The notes under the pieces are model-generated. The model had not been told where the DNA came from, searched no databases, and saw only the letters and a list, made by a program, of their open reading frames with translations. A program made the translations under genes and the position numbers. 64,000 nt of DNA, from contig NC_058368.1 of assembly GCF_018350175.1 (NCBI RefSeq), positions 114,268,001 through 114,332,000 of the forward strand, read 5' to 3'. Within the stretch, counting starts at the first letter, position 1; each line of letters opens with the position of its first letter. This document shows, piece after piece, positions 37,007 to 50,508 of this stretch. Source of the DNA: Felis catus. Lineage: Eukaryota.

Positions 37007-40000
37007 ATGTTGTTTCTTTTTAATAATGCTCAAGAAAAATGAGAGATTAACCGAAAATTCAGTATAATTGTTACCTCTAGTGGAGGGTATGGAGCATATA
37101 TATGCAATCACCCAAGAACAGGGCTGCACTAGCCTCTATGTGGCCAACAACAGCCCAGAGATCCACAGCCTAGCTGCAGGTGGAGCCTTTGTACCCGAGG
37201 AAAAGGCCCCATCCTCCTGGAGCAGATTTCCCTCCCCTTGGTAGGACCTTTGTGAGTGCCCATCTTGTACCACAGTGCTAGCAACCCCACCAAGGGACTT
37301 CAGAGGTTCTGCAATATTCTACTTTTCAAGCTGGTTGGACAGTACATGGGGCTTATTTTTCATAATTATCTTTCAAACCATATATACACATATACATTAT
37401 ATACTCTTCCAAAAGTATTATTCACAGTTTTTTAAATGGTAAAATATTCAGCTATGTGATGAAATGTAGTACCCTTCCACTCTGTGCAGAGCTTTGCCAG
37501 TACTTGAGCACCATTCTCACCCTGTGTACAATCTAAAAATCAGGGAGTTCTGAAGGATATTAGAATGATGCTTTGTTTTGGGGGCACGTGGGTGGCTCAG
37601 ATGGTTGAGTGTCTGACTTTGGCCTAGGTCATGATCTCACAGTTTGTGTTCAAGTCCCACATAGGGCTCTGTGCTGACAGCTTGGAGCCTGGAGCCTGCT
37701 TCAGAGTCTGTGTCTCCCTCTCTCTGCCCCTCCTCCACTTGCACTCTGTCTGTCTCTCTCTCTCTCAAAATAAACATTAAAATTTTTAAAAAAGAATGAT
37801 TCTTTGTTTTTAATATATTTTTTTGAATTTTCCAGGCGTATTTTTTTTTAAGTTATCTCTACATCCAACATGGGGCTTGAACTCACAACCCTAAGATCAA
37901 GAGCCATGTGTTCTACTGGCTAAGCCAGCCAAGCACCCCTGGAGTGATGCTTTTCTTAACTCCATGCTAGCTCTTTTCAGAGTTGGGGCAAGTTATCCTC
38001 AAGCAAGAAAATAGGATTCCCCTTCTTTCAGGATTCCCCCTTTCTTTCTTAGCCCTATCTTAAATGAGGTTTTGTCTGTGTTCTCACCCAGATATTGTAC
38101 ACAGTGGTAGGAGCTAAATGTGCAAACCACAGAGAAGTTAGGGGGCACCTATAATCCAAGAAAGCTCCCTCAGGGGCACCTCCATTGGTTAAGCATCCCA
38201 CTGCTGACTTTGACTCAGGTCATGATCCTGTTGTTGGAGCACCTCATCGGGCTCTGCTTGGGAATCTCTCTCTGCCCCTTCCCCACTTGTGTGTGCACGT
38301 GCACGCACATTCTCTCTCAAAATAAACATTCAAAAAATTTAAAAAAATAAAAAAAAAGAAAGAAAGCTCCCTGAGACCTAAAGAGAAATTTCATTACTAG
38401 GGATCTAGTATGTCTGATAAAATCTGACATGCTGACATCAGAGAAAGCAAACAGACAGACAGATGAACTTGGAAGGTTCTGTGCCAGCCTAGGAGTCCTG
38501 GATTCTAGATACTGCAACTATGAGATCGCCTTGACTCTTCCAAAGAAGCCTAGGACCTTTTCTTCTCTTTCTTTCTCCTTTTATTTTCTTTTCCTTTCTT
38601 AACAGAGCACCTTGGAAAGCAGAGAAGACTATGGAAACACCCCTCCCTCATTCCCACGTAGTCGTGCTATCTTCAGAAGGGGTTACTTGGATCCACTGGT
38701 CTTTCAGTTCAAGCCTCAAACCATGAAGAAGTTTTGCTACTTAAATGCAAGTTTCTCCTGCCCATCTAGACCTAAGACATGCTTGGCTCTTCTTAACTCT
38801 GATATTGGATCTAGACAAGTAATCAACTCACAGAGTGGCTGAGAGATTCACAGCAGCACCCTTTTTTTTTTAAATTGTTTTCAAATGTAAAAATAATATG
38901 TAATATTGGGAATATTCATAACATTTAGCAGAATAAAGAAAAGGGGCACCTGGGTGGCTCAGTCAGTTAAGCATCTGACTTCAGCTCAGGTCATGACCTT
39001 GCGTCCTGGTCAGTAAGTTTGAGCCCCTCATAGGACTCTGTGCTGAAGCTCAGAGCCTGGAGTCTGCTTCAGATTCTGTGTCTCCCTCTCTCTCTGCCCC
39101 TCCCTCACTCATGCTCTTTCTCTGTCTCTCAAAAATGAATAAAAGTTTAAAAAAAAAAATAAAAAGTAAAATTCTCTCTTTACCCTCTAATCTTAATCCC
39201 CCTCTAAAAGTAAATCTTATGAAGTATATCTTCCCAGATCTCTTTTCCTACATTTAGATTTTTTTTCAATGTTTATTTATATTTGAGAGACAGAATGTGA
39301 GTGGGAGAGGGGCAGAGAGAGGGAGACACAGAATCCGAAGCAGGCTCCAGGCTCTGAGCTATCAGCACAGAGCCTAATGAGGGGCTCAAACCCACAAACC
39401 ATAAGAACATGACCTGAGCCAAATTCAGATGCTTAACTGACTGAGCCACCAAGGCACCCCTTTCCCTACATTTATATAATGCACACAGTCACACAATTCC
39501 TTTTCTTGACATAAGTAGGAACATACTATAATATTCTATAGCATGTTTTTTATACATAATGTTCCATAGAAATTTGTCCATAAGTAAATCTTAGGTTGTT
39601 TCCAGTTTTCTTTATTAAAAAGAGTAGTGGAAAAATTCTTTTACAAAAAAAAAAAAAAAAAAGGAAGGTAGAAGGTAAAGACCCACATAAACCACACAAT
39701 AACATTCTTTTTTACTAATACATATATCTATATATAGTGAAATAAATCTTTGTATACTCATGTATATATTGGTTATTAACAGATTTCTAGAAACAAAATT
39801 GCCGAGTTGAAGAGTAACACATCTAAGTTTCGTAGATACTAGGGCCCCTAGGTGGCTCAGTTGGTTGAGCATCCAACTTCAGCTCAGGTCACGATCTCAC
39901 CATTCATGGTTTCTAGCCCCATGTAGGGCTCTGCACTAGTCAGCTCAGAGCCTCCTTCAGATTCTCTGTCTCCCTCTCTCTCTGCCCCTCCCCTGTTCAC

Positions 40001-40025
40001 ACTCTCTCTCTCAAAAATAACATTA

Positions 40026-40250
40026 GGGGCGCCTGGGTGGCGCAGTCGGTTGGGCGTCCGACTTCAGCCAGGTCACGATCTCGCAGTCCGTGGGTTCGAG
40101 CCCCGCGTCGGACTCTGGGCTGATGGCTCGGAGCCTGGAGCCTGTTTCCGATTCTGTGTCTCCCTCTCTCTCTGCCCCTCCCCCATTCATGCTCTGTCTC
40201 TCTCTGTCCCAAAAATAAATAAAAACATTGAAAAAAAATTTTAAAAAAAT
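40026..40250 (+). mobile_element. Young felid SINE inserted in the tail of an older SINE (39842-40024)
   Basis: TSD aaaaataacatta. Confidence 0.9.
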
Positions 40251-40455
40251 AACATTACAAAGAATAATACTAAAAAAATAAATTTGGTATCTAACTACCA
40301 AAACTACCTCAGAAGAGGCTTTACAGGAGAATGCCTTTTTGCTTAAAATTTCACCAACAATGGATATTCTGTATATTTTTATTTTTTGTGAATATGATGA
40401 AAAAAACAATGGTACCCATTATTTCACTTGCATCTCCCTAATTACAAGTAGAGTA

Positions 40456-40456
<1 letters not shown>

Positions 40457-40503
<47 letters not shown>

Positions 40504-40533
40504 AGGGAGGGAGGGGAGGGAGGGAGGGAGGGA
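40457..40533 (+). repeat. (GA)n-(GGGA)n compound purine repeat
   Basis: Directly visible. Confidence 0.95.
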
Positions 40534-41873
40534 GATTCATCCCATAACCAGCTTCTTGGCTGGTTGTATTACTTAGGTGAATTACCCATCCAACTCCATA
40601 TCCTATAGATGCTTGAAAATAAAGTTGTTGTTTATTTTAAAGTTTATTTATTTCTTTTTGAGAGAGAGGGAGAGAGCACATGCAAGCAAGAGCAAGGGAG
40701 GGTCAGAGAGAGGGAAAGAGAGAATCTCAAGAAGGCTCTGAGCTCAATCTCAGGAACCGTGAGATCATGACCTGAGCCGAAATCAAGAGTCAGACACTCA
40801 ACCAACTGAGCCACCCAGGCGCCCCAAAAATAAAGTTTTTCCTGAAACAACCCATTTTGCAGATGAGAAATATGGAAAATATATAGAGATGAAATTCAAA
40901 CCCTCGTAAAACCCCCTTTTTACTCTTGAGGTTGCACTTTCTCTGCTATGTCACTTTATCAGAAAGCCTCATTTTAGGGGCACATGGCTAGCTCAGTTGG
41001 TAGAGCATGTGACTCTTGATCTTGGAGTTGGATGTTCAAGCCCCACGTTGGGTGTGGAGCCTACTTAAAAAAAAAAAAAAAAAAAAAACAAACCTCATTT
41101 TACCCAAATATGGAAACCCCAAAGGGAAGTGACTCACTCAAACACTCACAGCTCCATAGCTAGTTGCCCATCTCAGTGTAGACCACTCGTAGGCTTTTCA
41201 CCACCCTGGTCTTCCCAGAAAACAATGTTGAAAAATGCCAAAAGGCTGTTCAGGCAAACATTTCAGATTTGCCTGCCTATTATCTGTGTCCTTAGAAATA
41301 AAGAACCAACCCAAAGTACAAGGGTCAAAGATAAAATAGAAACACCAAGAAACATGGAGACCTTGGCCCCATTCCATCCATATAACAGTCAAAGAAGAGG
41401 GCTTATAGCCCTATAAGTAAGCCCTAGGGAGTAAAATGGCTTTGTCACTTCCCAACACCCACCTGCCAAACTACAAAAGTTTTTTAAAACTCTGAAGCTG
41501 AATGAACTATTAATCACAAGCATAAGTAGCAAATAGTTTGAGTTCTGCTCTTTATAAAATCAGGATGTTTATTTTACAGTTCTTTTATTTAATAACCCAG
41601 AATTCCAAGAATTCCATTTCTTTTTTCTCAGATGCGATTAACCCAATGAGAAATATAGGAAATGTGATTTTCTGATATTATTGTTCATGTTGATCATAAT
41701 CTCCTAAAGAAAATGGGGATGGAGGTAAATTATTTCTAAGACACTCCTAAACTCCTTTCCTTCCAAAAGCACTAATTAAATGCCTGTAAAATGAGTTGAT
41801 AACAGTTTGAAGCTGGGTCCATGGAAGTTCAATAAACTATTTTTTCTACCTTTGTATGATTAAAACTTTCCAA

Positions 41874-42093
41874 CGTTTGTTTTTTTTTTTTTTTTTTTTT
41901 ATTTTTGGGACAGAGAGAGACAGAGCATGAACGGGGGAGGGGCAGAGAGAGAGGGAGACACAGAATCGGAAACAGGTTCCAGGCTCTGAGCCATCATCAG
42001 CACAGAGCCGGACGCGGGGCTCGAACTCCCGGACTGCAAGATCGTGACCTGGCTGAAGTCGGACGCTTAACCGACTGCGCCACCCAGGCGCCC
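41874..42093 (-). mobile_element. Young felid SINE
   Basis: Long T tail; TSD tgattaaaactttccaa. Confidence 0.9.
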
Positions 42094-43381
42094 CTGATTA
42101 AAACTTTCCAATGATAAAAAGGTAAAAAAAAAAAAAAAAAAAAAAAGGCCTATGTGCAAACAACAGATTGGACACTGAAGGTTCAGTGACAGATAGAACA
42201 TAGTTCCTGTTCTTTTGAAGCAATAATCTCTCCTGTTATCATGTTAACATGTTACACATTACAAAACACTTTCAAATTTATTATCTGATTCATCCCATAA
42301 GCACATATTACATTGCAAATTCAACTTGGAAGCCACCTACTATTTATTCTTCCCTTTTTTCCTGGTCTTTCTTCATTTTCTGTGATAAATCCAATCTAGG
42401 GAGGGACAGATCTCTAACCAACTGGATCATGGTTTCAGGTTGGAGGGGTGGGCTGAACCAGGATGGGGAGATTTTTCTTTATTCTATGAGTGCGGCCCTG
42501 GGAGGAGTTCGTTTCAGGATGCTTCAGACAGAATTATCAGAATCTTAAAAGGCATCTCCACCCTTTTAAATACTTAAGAGTGAGTCTTTCACTCACAAAA
42601 TCTTTCTTTGAATTCAAGGTGGTTCTCCTGTTTCAAGACAGTTAAACCAGGTCACAAAAAAAGAGCCACTTTCCCAAGATTAGATAGCAAAATGGAGTAA
42701 AATTTCATTAACTTAGACTCACAGAGTCTCTCTTGATGAAGCCCAACCATGAAGGGCAGAGAATTTATGCTTTACAAGTAAATTATGTTTCTCATCAGCT
42801 TGATCACCTACTCCACAGAGCTGCACAAGTAACCCATTCACCTTCAGAATGTTGTCACCCTCTCAGCTTTCGGAGACCATAAGAATATGTTTCGTGCTGC
42901 AATTTCTTTTAGAATTTTCTGCCTACCGATTTTCTCCCATGTGTTTATAGGATCCTTTACTGTGTACAAATGTTCACTTCTTAACCAGTTAGTCATGAAA
43001 ATTTTCTTCAGAGAGCTCAGCCATAGTGGCTTGTGCCATCTTGCTCCTTGGTTGTCTAGTTCTTCAGTGTGTGAAGAGGAGCATGAGTTTATGCACATAG
43101 ACTAGCCTGATTGTCAGAGATAAGCACTCCCTTATTGTTCCCATCTCATCCACAATTACTTCATTCTTCCTGCCTCGCGTTTCCCTATTTGCAACCTAGA
43201 AGTGGGTGCTTCCCAACTCCTTCCTAGAAGTTTAGATAGATTTTGATGTAAAAGCAAGGCCAAGAGCTCTCCAAGTTCTTTCCGAGCCACAGCTCAACAA
43301 TTGTTTCCTTGTCGAAAGATCTACACCAACCACTATGGTACAAACAACACAATTTCCCACAACAGAAGTAGACAAGGTAAT

Positions 43382-43608
43382 GGGGCGCCTGGGTGGCGCA
43401 GTCGGTTAAGCGTCCGACTTCAGCCAGGTCACGATCTCGCGGTCCGTGGGTTCGAGCCCCGCGTCGGGCTCTGGGCTGATGGCTCAGAGCCTGGAGCCTG
43501 TTTCCGATTCTGTGTCTCCCTCTCTCTCTGCCCCTCCCCCGTTCATGCTCTGTCTCTCTCTGTCCCAAAAATAAATAAACGTTGAAAAAAAAATTAAAAA
43601 AAAAAAAA
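43382..43608 (+). mobile_element. Young felid SINE
   Basis: Essentially consensus; TSD agaagtagacaaggtaa. Confidence 0.92.
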
Positions 43609-46600
43609 GAAGTAGACAAGGTAAAAGATGATGGACAGAGGTGAGATGGCTGATAAAAAGCCCCAGTTCCTCTAATCATCACCCTGCAGCTTTGTTGGGG
43701 GACCATAAGGACAATCAGCCTGACTCACAGCCAGCGCTACTGCTCCCAGATCACAGAGAGTTAAGAAGTGAAACAGTGCTGGGCCCCAAGGTCGCTGGAT
43801 GACAAACATTATGGAATATATTCGTCCCAGGACTAGCTGTTCCTTTCTCGCCTCCTCAGAGTTTAGCATCAGCCTCATCTCATTCGTGTTCTCATTGCTG
43901 AGAATCCTTGTTACTGACACAAAGATAAAGATAAAGGGCCAGACTAGAAGACACCCCTACAGCCCCAGGTACAAGAGCTGGCTCAAGTTGAGGACATCAA
44001 ATTGCTCAAGAATGGGAACCAGATTTTCTCCAGTGGCTCTAAGCACCACCTATTTTCAGCAACTCCTGCACAAGCCATGCTACAGAGATTCAGTAGAGAC
44101 TGCATGCATGAGTGGGCAGAGGGAAAAAGCTCCTATTATCCCTAAAACTTCCCAGCCTCTGCGAGAACACCAAGTAAGGAGAAGGGCAACCAATGAAGCG
44201 TGGGCTGAAAGTATGACCTCATCAGGGTGAGCTCCCATTGGCTGAAATTACTCTGGGCAAGACTTTCACATAGTATATTAACCCTTGTCAGGTACACAGA
44301 CCCCATGAGGGACCCCTCTCCTCCCCTATTGCTCCTTATTTTCAAATTAAGAAAAGGGGATTATGGGGAAAAATAGACCTGTCCCTAACACTTTTCTTAA
44401 AGCATACATAAACAGTGGTTATGAGAAGATTTAGATATCCTCTCCCTAGAATGTATTTTTCAGTGCCTTTTGGATAAAAAAGGAGTCACCTGCAACAGAT
44501 TGATAATGGAAAGTTGGAGAGGAGGAGACAGAGTGAATGATCAGTATCGTTCTAAACCTGTAGTGGAATGGTTAGAGGGACAAAGACGAAAAAGAATAAT
44601 AAAAATCAAAATGCCTTGGGGCAGACTGATAAAAAACTGATCTTGTTTCTGCAACTTTTTTTTTTTTTTTTAAGTAAAATCTGCCAATGTGGGGCTGGAA
44701 CTCACAACCCCAACATCAGATGTTGCATGTTCTACCAACTGAGCCAGACAGGTTCCCTGAAAGTTATTTTTTATAGTTATCACCGTAGCTACAATCTCCG
44801 TTTTTAGTGAAAACTGCCAAAAGGTGTCCTGTTTTGTTTTGTTTTGTTTTGTTTTGTTTTGTTTTGTTTAAGTAAATATCAGCAGACTCACATTCTCTTG
44901 GACTTAAATCCTGTAAAGAATAAAGTTCTCAGTAAACCTACCTTCCTGCTATCAACACCCCATTATTTGACATAACCAAGAACAAAAGATTCTTTCATGT
45001 ATGCGTCAAAAACTTTTGCATTTAGTGACTAAAGTCAAGGGAAAGGAAGGTACAACTACTAAAACAGCCTTGATTCCATCAAGTAGAAGTTGTTCTCACT
45101 TAAGAGCTGATTTGCAAACAAGGAATGTGAGGACTGAATATTTGAGCAGGGAGCCCTGTTTCCATACTATAGGCAGAGGCTGCTTGGGAACATAATTATA
45201 TATTTTCTTCTAAATTGTTTTAAACTTAAAATTGACAGAATGTAATATGCTGGATTGTTGCATGTTGTTGTTTTCCTAAGGGTTTAAATACAGCTATTCT
45301 CTAGAGAAGTAGGCTAAACCAATGACTGGTTCACTTTCGATACAGTGTAACTCCCACACCAGACTCCTACTTTGTGGCCAGGCCTATTAAGAGTTCGAAA
45401 CATGTCGGAACCTGTGGCAAACTCTTCAAACTGGAATTCTACAAAAGAGAAATTTTACCACAGTGAAACAGGACTAAAGGCCAAAATCCTCTGGAGAGAA
45501 TGGATTCTTATTTGGGGATGTCCTTGGGAAATACATCGTGCAAGGTACAGGCTGTGAGGAAGAGACATTATTCACCTTAGTGGTCATGTCCCAGGTGCCT
45601 TGTAAAACCTTTTATCTGTGACACCTTCACTCATTCAGGTGACCTTTATGCAGCACATCTATGTGCTCGGTAGTATTATTCTAAAGATGTGTCAAACTCC
45701 TCTTGATTTATGCTTAGCTCCCACCACTACCAGAAATAACATATAAGTGATAAGTCTATTCCCTTTTGTAAGCTTCCTTAATAAATTTTACTATTTGTTG
45801 AGCACCTACTATGTGCCAAGTACTTTCCATCAGAGGTTTCTAAACTTTCTCTCAGTAAGTTGTCCACCATTCCCTTGGGCCAAAAGAAATATCTAACAGC
45901 TCCATTTATTAAACAATTAGATCTTCGCAAAGCCTGGGGGGTCAGTTGGTTGAGCATCTGACTCTTGATTTTCATTTTGGGTCATGATCCCGAGGTCACT
46001 GGATCAAGGCCTGCATTGGGCTACATGCTAAGCATGAAGCCTGCTTAAGGTTTTCTCTCTCTCTCTCCCTCTGCCCCTCTCCCCCACTCATGCCCTCTCT
46101 CTCTAAAAAAAATAATTAATTAATTTAATTTAATTAAAATATTAAATAATTAGATCCAAACAAATTAAAAAGCATTTATATATTCACAACCTAGTAGTTA
46201 TTTGGAAAAAATAATGCATGTAAATTGAAAGAAAAATATTTTTATTTTATTCTTTTTTAAAGTCCTTTTTAAAGTTTATTTATTTATTTGGAAAGACAGA
46301 GAGACCATGAGCAGGGGTGGGGCAGAGAGAGAAGAGAGGGAGAATCCCAAGCAGACTCCACGCTGTCAGCACAGAGGCCAACATGGGGGTCAATCTCATG
46401 AACCATGAGATGATCACCAGAGCTGAGATCAAAAGCTGGAGACCTAACCAACTGAGCCATCCAGTGCCCCCTTATTTTATTCTTAAATAACCACAATTAT
46501 TTATTAATGGGATTCATGCACCTACTGCACACTGCTCAACTTCTTAATCGGATCAGATACCACCACCCTCATTCTGTGTTCCACGTTGATTTTCATATGG

Positions 46601-46869
46601 TATTTGCCTTTTATCTCACTGAAACCCCCACTCTGTGAAGATACCACAACACAGGCCTCAAGGAATATAGCACAATCTATTGTTGAAATTACCAACTACC
46701 TCTGGTACCCAACAGAAGTCATTGTGTTCCCTCAGAAATTTGCAAATCCCACGGTGGTCTCATGTGAGTTCACTGCAGAGCCTTAGGGTGCCCCAACACA
46801 GTTTGGGAACCATGGACGTACACTCTTCCACTTCAGCCTCAAAACAGACCTGCGTTGTAGGTACAAATA

Positions 46870-47010
46870 CAAATGTACAGATCTGGGAAATGAGGCTGAG
46901 GACAGTTAAGTAATTTACAAAGTTCACATAGCTAGTAAGTGGTGGTGCTGGGAACTAAAGCTAGGTCTGCCAGACTCAACATCCACATGCTCTTCCTGTT
47001 AACCATGCTA
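46870..47010 (-). mobile_element. MIR fragment
   Basis: acagat..ggaaatgaggct.ag...agttaagtaattt...agttcacatagctagtaagtgg. Confidence 0.7.
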
Positions 47011-48084
47011 CGTCTCATCGGCTCTGCAGGATATTAGAATCACAGACTCTCAGATCTGGAAGGGATATCAGGGGTAACATAGACCCAGCACTCAGAAAAC
47101 TAATGACTGAAAAGTGCAATGATTTGACCAAGGCGTGCACCTGCTTTAAAGACAGGGGTGAAGCCCAGCCTACTATGTGGATTCTTCATCCAGTGGCTTC
47201 TTGAGAAACTGTGCATGGGAAGTAAAAAGAAAAAAGTTAAAATTACCTATCTAGGGGCACCTGGATGGCTTAGCTGGTTGGGTGTCTGACTCTTAATTTT
47301 GCCTCAGGTCATGATCTCAGGGTTCATGGGATTCAACCCCACAACAGGCTCTTTGGTGATAGCACTGAGCCTGCTTGGGATTCTCTCTCTCCCTCTCTCT
47401 CTTCCCCTCCCCCACTCATGTGTGCCCACACACCCGTGCACGCTCTCTCTCACTCAAAATAAATAAATAAACATTTTTTAAAAACTGCATATCTAGGGAT
47501 GCCTGGGTGGCTCAGTTGGTTAAGCATCTGACTTCAGCTCAGGTCATGATCTCAAGGTTTGTGAGTTTGAGCCCTGCATTGTGTGAGCTCAAGCCCCACT
47601 GGGGGCTCCTCACTCTCTCTCCCTCTCTCTCTGCACCTCATGGGATTCTCTCTTTCTCCCTCTCTCTGCCCCTTGCTCACTTGCACTCTCTCAAAACAAA
47701 ACAAAACAAAACACCCTGCATATCTAAAATGTCTTAATTGTATCTTCAAATTTGATTGATAGTTTGACTCAGAATTAGATTTTAAGTTAGAAATCAATTT
47801 CCATGGGACATTTAAAGGCATTTCTCCATTGCCTTTTAGCTTCTAACGGCATTTTTGAGAAATATGATCATTCTTATTCCTGTCCCTTTGTGGACGCCCT
47901 GTGTTTCCCCTCTGGAAGCTTCTGGGATCTTCTCTTTTTATTTATTTATTTATTTTTGGTAATCTCCACATCCAACATGGGGCTCAAACTCCCAACCCTG
48001 AGATCAAGAGTCGCACGCTCTTTCAACTAAGCTAGCCAGGCGCCCTTGGGATCTTTTCTTTACGCAGGTTCCAGAGTTTGGGAG

Positions 48085-48505
48085 TGATAGCTGCTGTGCT
48101 GCACAACCCAGATCCCCCTTAAGGAATGCAGGACTTACTCCCCCAGCTTCTGGGAATGCTGCCATGACCCGCAGCTGTCAGCCCTCTCTGCAGAATGCTT
48201 TGGCTGAAGAAAACCTCCAGCGTGGCCTGTACTGCATAGCTGAGAACATGGGAGTGTGAACAGCTCAGCTCCCTCACCTCAGCTGGCAACAGCTGTGAAG
48301 ACTCATCCCAGCTCTAGAGCTCCCTGTGGAGCTCAGCTGAGATCTTCCCTGGGCCTGCACCACAACCCACTTCTTCCTCTGCCCAGTCTTGTTTCCTTCT
48401 CCTTTCTTCCACAAGTATTGACCCCAAGTACACCCTCTCATAAGTGCCCTGCCTGCTACTCTCCATCTCTGAATTGGCTTCCCAGAGAAGCCACCTTGAA
48501 ACTAC
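48085..48505 (-). mobile_element. LTR16-like ERVL LTR
   Basis: cccagatcccccttaagga...actcccccagcttctgggaatgctg...ggctgaaga motifs. Confidence 0.65.
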
Positions 48506-50489
48506 AACATGCTTTGTATTCATCATGTCGAACAATCTGTTGGCCCCATATTATTGCTAATGTCTACCTGTACTGTGAATATGATGGCATTATGCCCATT
48601 TTATAGATGCACAAACTCTGGCTGTGGAAGCAACAGAACAAAACAAAAAATGAAAAACAAAAAACAGAACAACAAGGCCACACAGGTAGTAAGCAGCAGA
48701 AATGGGATCTGAAACTAGGTCTGCCTCAGCGCAAAATCAGTGCAGTGTTCATTTCTGGAGCGGCTATGGGAGTTTTTGATACACACACAGGGTCTCCGGC
48801 TTTCTGAGGAAGGAAAGAGGAGCAGGCATCTGCATGAGTGGAAACACGGGAATCCCGGACACAGCATGAGCACAGTTACCCATCTTTTCTCAGTGCAAGG
48901 CGTTTTGTTCCTGTGGGAGAAAACTGACTGTGCCTGCTGCAATGGCTGATGTGCTGTCAGATACCATGGCAACCACTCAGATGAAAGCTGAATGTTTCTA
49001 GGTGAGAGGTTCTGATAAACAGTGGACTGGTAAAAAGAAACAAAATAAAGTTGGGGAAACAGAGATTCCATCTAGTGCTTTTCTCTTTGGACAAAGATTT
49101 GATATTTAATTTTATTGCCGGCCAAGCTCATGTGATATCGGAGAGATTCTTTCTTTCTGCACCTCAGCTGCTCTTTTGTAAAAATTAAATGGTTGGGGTA
49201 AAACTGACTGGCTCAGTTGGTAGAGCATGTGACTCTTGATCTCGGAGTCATGAGTTCAAGCCCTGCGTTGGGCATGGAGCTTACTTAAAAAAATAAATAA
49301 AATTGGGGCACCTGGGTAGCTCAGTTGGTTAAGCGTCTGACTTGGGCTCAGGTCTGATCTCACTGTTTGTGAGTTCGAGCTTTGTGTCAGGCTCTGTGAT
49401 GACAGCTCAGAGCCTGGAGCCCGCTTCGGATTCTGTGCCTCCCTCTCCCACTTGCACTCTGTGTCTTTCTCTCTCTCTCAAAATAAATAAATAAACATTA
49501 AAAAACATTTAAAATAAATAAATAAATAAATAAATAAAATCAAAAGGTTAAAATGAATAAATCCCATGGGTTTAAAAAATTTCATGAATAACCACATACT
49601 GCATTGAACACCTATTACCAAATCTTAGACCTTCATTCAGCAAATACTTACTGAATTCCCGCTAGGAGCTAGGGAAAGTTCTAGGCACTGGAGATGTGTA
49701 AGTCAACAAAACATTGGAAAACCCTGTGCTGCAGTTGCTCCCATTGCACTGGAACACTCACATAGTACTTACCTGTGCCAAGCAGAGGTCTGAGCACTTT
49801 AGACGTGACAACTTGTTTGATCGTCATGACGTCTCTATGAAGTAGGTACTATTAACATCATCCCCATTTTATAGATAAAAATGAAAGTACAGAGACATCA
49901 AGTTACACTAATCAGTTACGGAGCTGAGAGGTGAAGCAGGAGCCAGGCAGGCTGGCTTCAGAGTATAAGCTTTTATGTCACTACTAACTCTGGGAAAGTC
50001 CAAGGGCACTACTTTAAAAATGTATTGGTTTTCAAATTCTTGCCAAAAGATAATGGCCTTGTAAACCTGGCATAGAAGGTCACTTTTGATACAGTCCATA
50101 CTTAAAAGTTTTACAACTGAAAGAAAAAATTTCTATTTGATGTTAATACAAATTGAGAGACAGAAGTCATTCTTTTACTAGCCAAGTAAAATTCCAAATA
50201 GGAATGATAACCACACGTCACTCCAATACAGTTGTATAGCTATAATTTAAATGAATATAGTGCCAGCTGGGAGCTTTGAGAAATTTATTTTTCTCACTAA
50301 ATTTCTTTCTGGTTTATATATTCCTTGAAATAATCTGACAACTAGGAATAATCATCTTCACTTCATTTTGTAGGTGACAACTAATAATTATAATACACTG
50401 TTTGTGGCTATTGACTAATGTCACTCACAGAAGGCTCTCTATAACAAAGGAGGGTCTGTTGAAGAACTTGCTGGTTCTTGAGCTCTTGG

Positions 50490-50508
50490 GTGCGCCCTCT
50501 GGTGGTGA
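50490..50508 (-). promoter_or_regulatory. Candidate CTCF site (reverse)
   Basis: Reverse complement TCACCACCAGAGGGCGCAC is a near-consensus CTCF motif with its CpG retained, in non-repetitive CpG-poor sequence. Confidence 0.7.

Noticed and set aside
42844..43105. GPCR-like fragments (CLP, LCHLAP, INSC)
   Set aside because: Spacing does not fit class A helices and the motifs lie on opposite strands.
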